Below are positions 62,443 to 64,000 of a stretch of 64,000 bases of DNA, piece after piece; position 1 is the first letter of the stretch; every line of letters begins with the position of its first letter. This stretch comes from Eledone cirrhosa (taxonomy: Eukaryota). The stretch lies in assembly GCA_964016885.1 (NCBI GenBank), contig OZ024744.1:28830001-28894000 (forward strand), given 5' to 3'. The notes beneath the pieces were generated by a model, which searched no databases, was not told the origin of the DNA, and saw only the letters and a list, made by a program, of their open reading frames with translations. The position numbers and the translations under genes were made by a program.

Positions 62443-64000
62443 ATTAAATAAATGGAAACTATATTTATAAAACCATATTTATTTCATTATATATATTTCA
62501 GGGATATCATATTAACAATATGTTATGCCTTCTTCAGACAAAATACAATATAAACAGTCTTATAAATAAATAGATACGACATACCTTTCAATCGACTTGC
62601 ATTTGGGAAGTTGATTTGGCAGTAAAAATATTATGGACAGTTGTAAAAAGAAAGAGAGAAAGAAAGAAAGAAAAACGAAAAAAAAGAAGAAATGCATGTG
62701 ACTAAATAGAGAGATATAGAAAGATAGATAAAGAGAAGAACTTCATGTAAAGAAACAGAGAGAGATATATAGAGAGAGGAAAAAAAAAAGAAAGAGATAG
62801 ATAGAGATAGATAGAGAAACTAGGTAGTTGAGCATCAGTTGATACATTTATTTATTTATTTATTTATTTATTTAGCTCTAGTAGTAATGTAAAGAAAGAT
62901 GTATGTAGTTAAGAGAGAAAATAGCCGTTATATAGAGAGAAAAAAGAGAAAATGAAAAAGAGAAAATGAAAAATAACCAGACATAAGCGAGGCAGAATTT
63001 AAAAAACGCTATGTTTCATCATTTATAAAATATTAGTTCGTATAAAACAGGCATTATAATGTAAATATCAGTATTCATGAATGAGACATGTATCTATAAT
63101 GTGTGAAAAGTAATGATCTTATGTCTAGTTTTTAAAAATTCATATGTTTATATCATAACTATAAACAAACTCCCATTTCACACGAAAACATTCTCATTGT
63201 GCTATAAAAATTCAAGTATACATATATGTGTGTATATATACACATATATATAGAGTCTATATTAATTATAACAATACTATTCTTGTCTTTACTCTACATG
63301 ATTATCGATCATTATTACAATGAAGCGTTAGCTAGAGCAGGATATAGTGATAAAATTATGTACATAGATAATGATAAACAAATTAAACAAAATAACAACT
63401 ATTTTAATTACGGCCACAACCTTAACAACTATAATAGAAAGCATTACAATAATTCCAAAAACCATAAAAGAAATAGAACTAGGAATATAATATGGTTTGC
63501 CCCCCCTTTCTCACTAAACATTAAAACCCACATCGCTAAACTATTTTTTAAAGCTCTTGATAATCGCTTCCCTAGAACACATAGGTATCACTCAATTTTC
63601 AATAGACATACTATAAAATTAACCTACTCATCCACCAAAAATTTAGCACAAAATATTAATAGAATAAATAATAGGAACTTAAAACCTAGCGATAATAGCA
63701 TAAATAATATACAAGTTAACAAATGTAACTGTAGAGATAGATCTAAATGTCCGTTAAATAACAACTGCTTAGTTAAAAATATAATATACAACTGTAATGT
63801 TAAAACGGACGTTAATTCTTTTAACTACGTTGGTTCCACATCGACGGAATTTAAACTTCGCTATAACAACCACAAGAATTCTTTCACAGATCCATCCAAA
63901 AAATCTTCAACAGCACTATCAGGCGTACTCTGGCAACTTAGGCATGATAACGTTAGATAATCGACGACTTGGAATATAGTTTCAAGAGGGATTCCTTTTA
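62440..64000 (+). mobile_element. 5'-truncated Naiad-like Penelope element (coding from about 63310) preceded by an inverted pLTR/3' region; runs off the window
   Basis: YYNEALARAGY..IIWFAPPFS..CNCRDRSKCPL..YVGST is close to 50509..51207. The minus-strand pLTR lies at 62440-62590. Confidence 0.85.
62480..62545 (-). ncRNA. Hammerhead ribozyme (relative of family 5) in an inverted pLTR
   Basis: Minus strand TATTTTGT-CTGAAGA-AGGCATAACATATT gtt AATATGATATCCCT-GAAA-TATATA-TA-ATGAAATA. Flanks match the 48976 pLTR. Confidence 0.8.

Overview
AT- and microsatellite-rich eukaryotic DNA with no recognisable host gene. It is probably from an octopod cephalopod, an inference from the SINE and MITE sequences. 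The window is almost entirely nested transposons: at least five L1/Tx1-clade LINE copies or fragments, an R4/Dong-like RLE LINE, RTE and CR1/L2 fragments, a full-length decayed Helitron with both termini, small DNA-transposon derivatives (hAT, piggyBac, Helitron, mariner) and several Penelope-like elements (PLEs: Naiad-like, Nematis-like, Neptune-like). The main hidden signal, absent from the ORF track, is a dense set of hammerhead ribozymes (HHRs). By hand I find 14 complete HHR folds (a few with damaging substitutions) and about 5 degenerate or truncated cores, from roughly 8-10 sequence families. Some sit in PLE pseudo-LTRs. Two families form ORF-less tandem-plus-inverted arrays (428-nt and 319-nt monomers) with retrozyme architecture, and one of these has a compensatory U3-A8 catalytic core. 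Four long foldbacks also show a plus-strand G.U-wobble bias. All folds and alignments were done manually and need computational confirmation.
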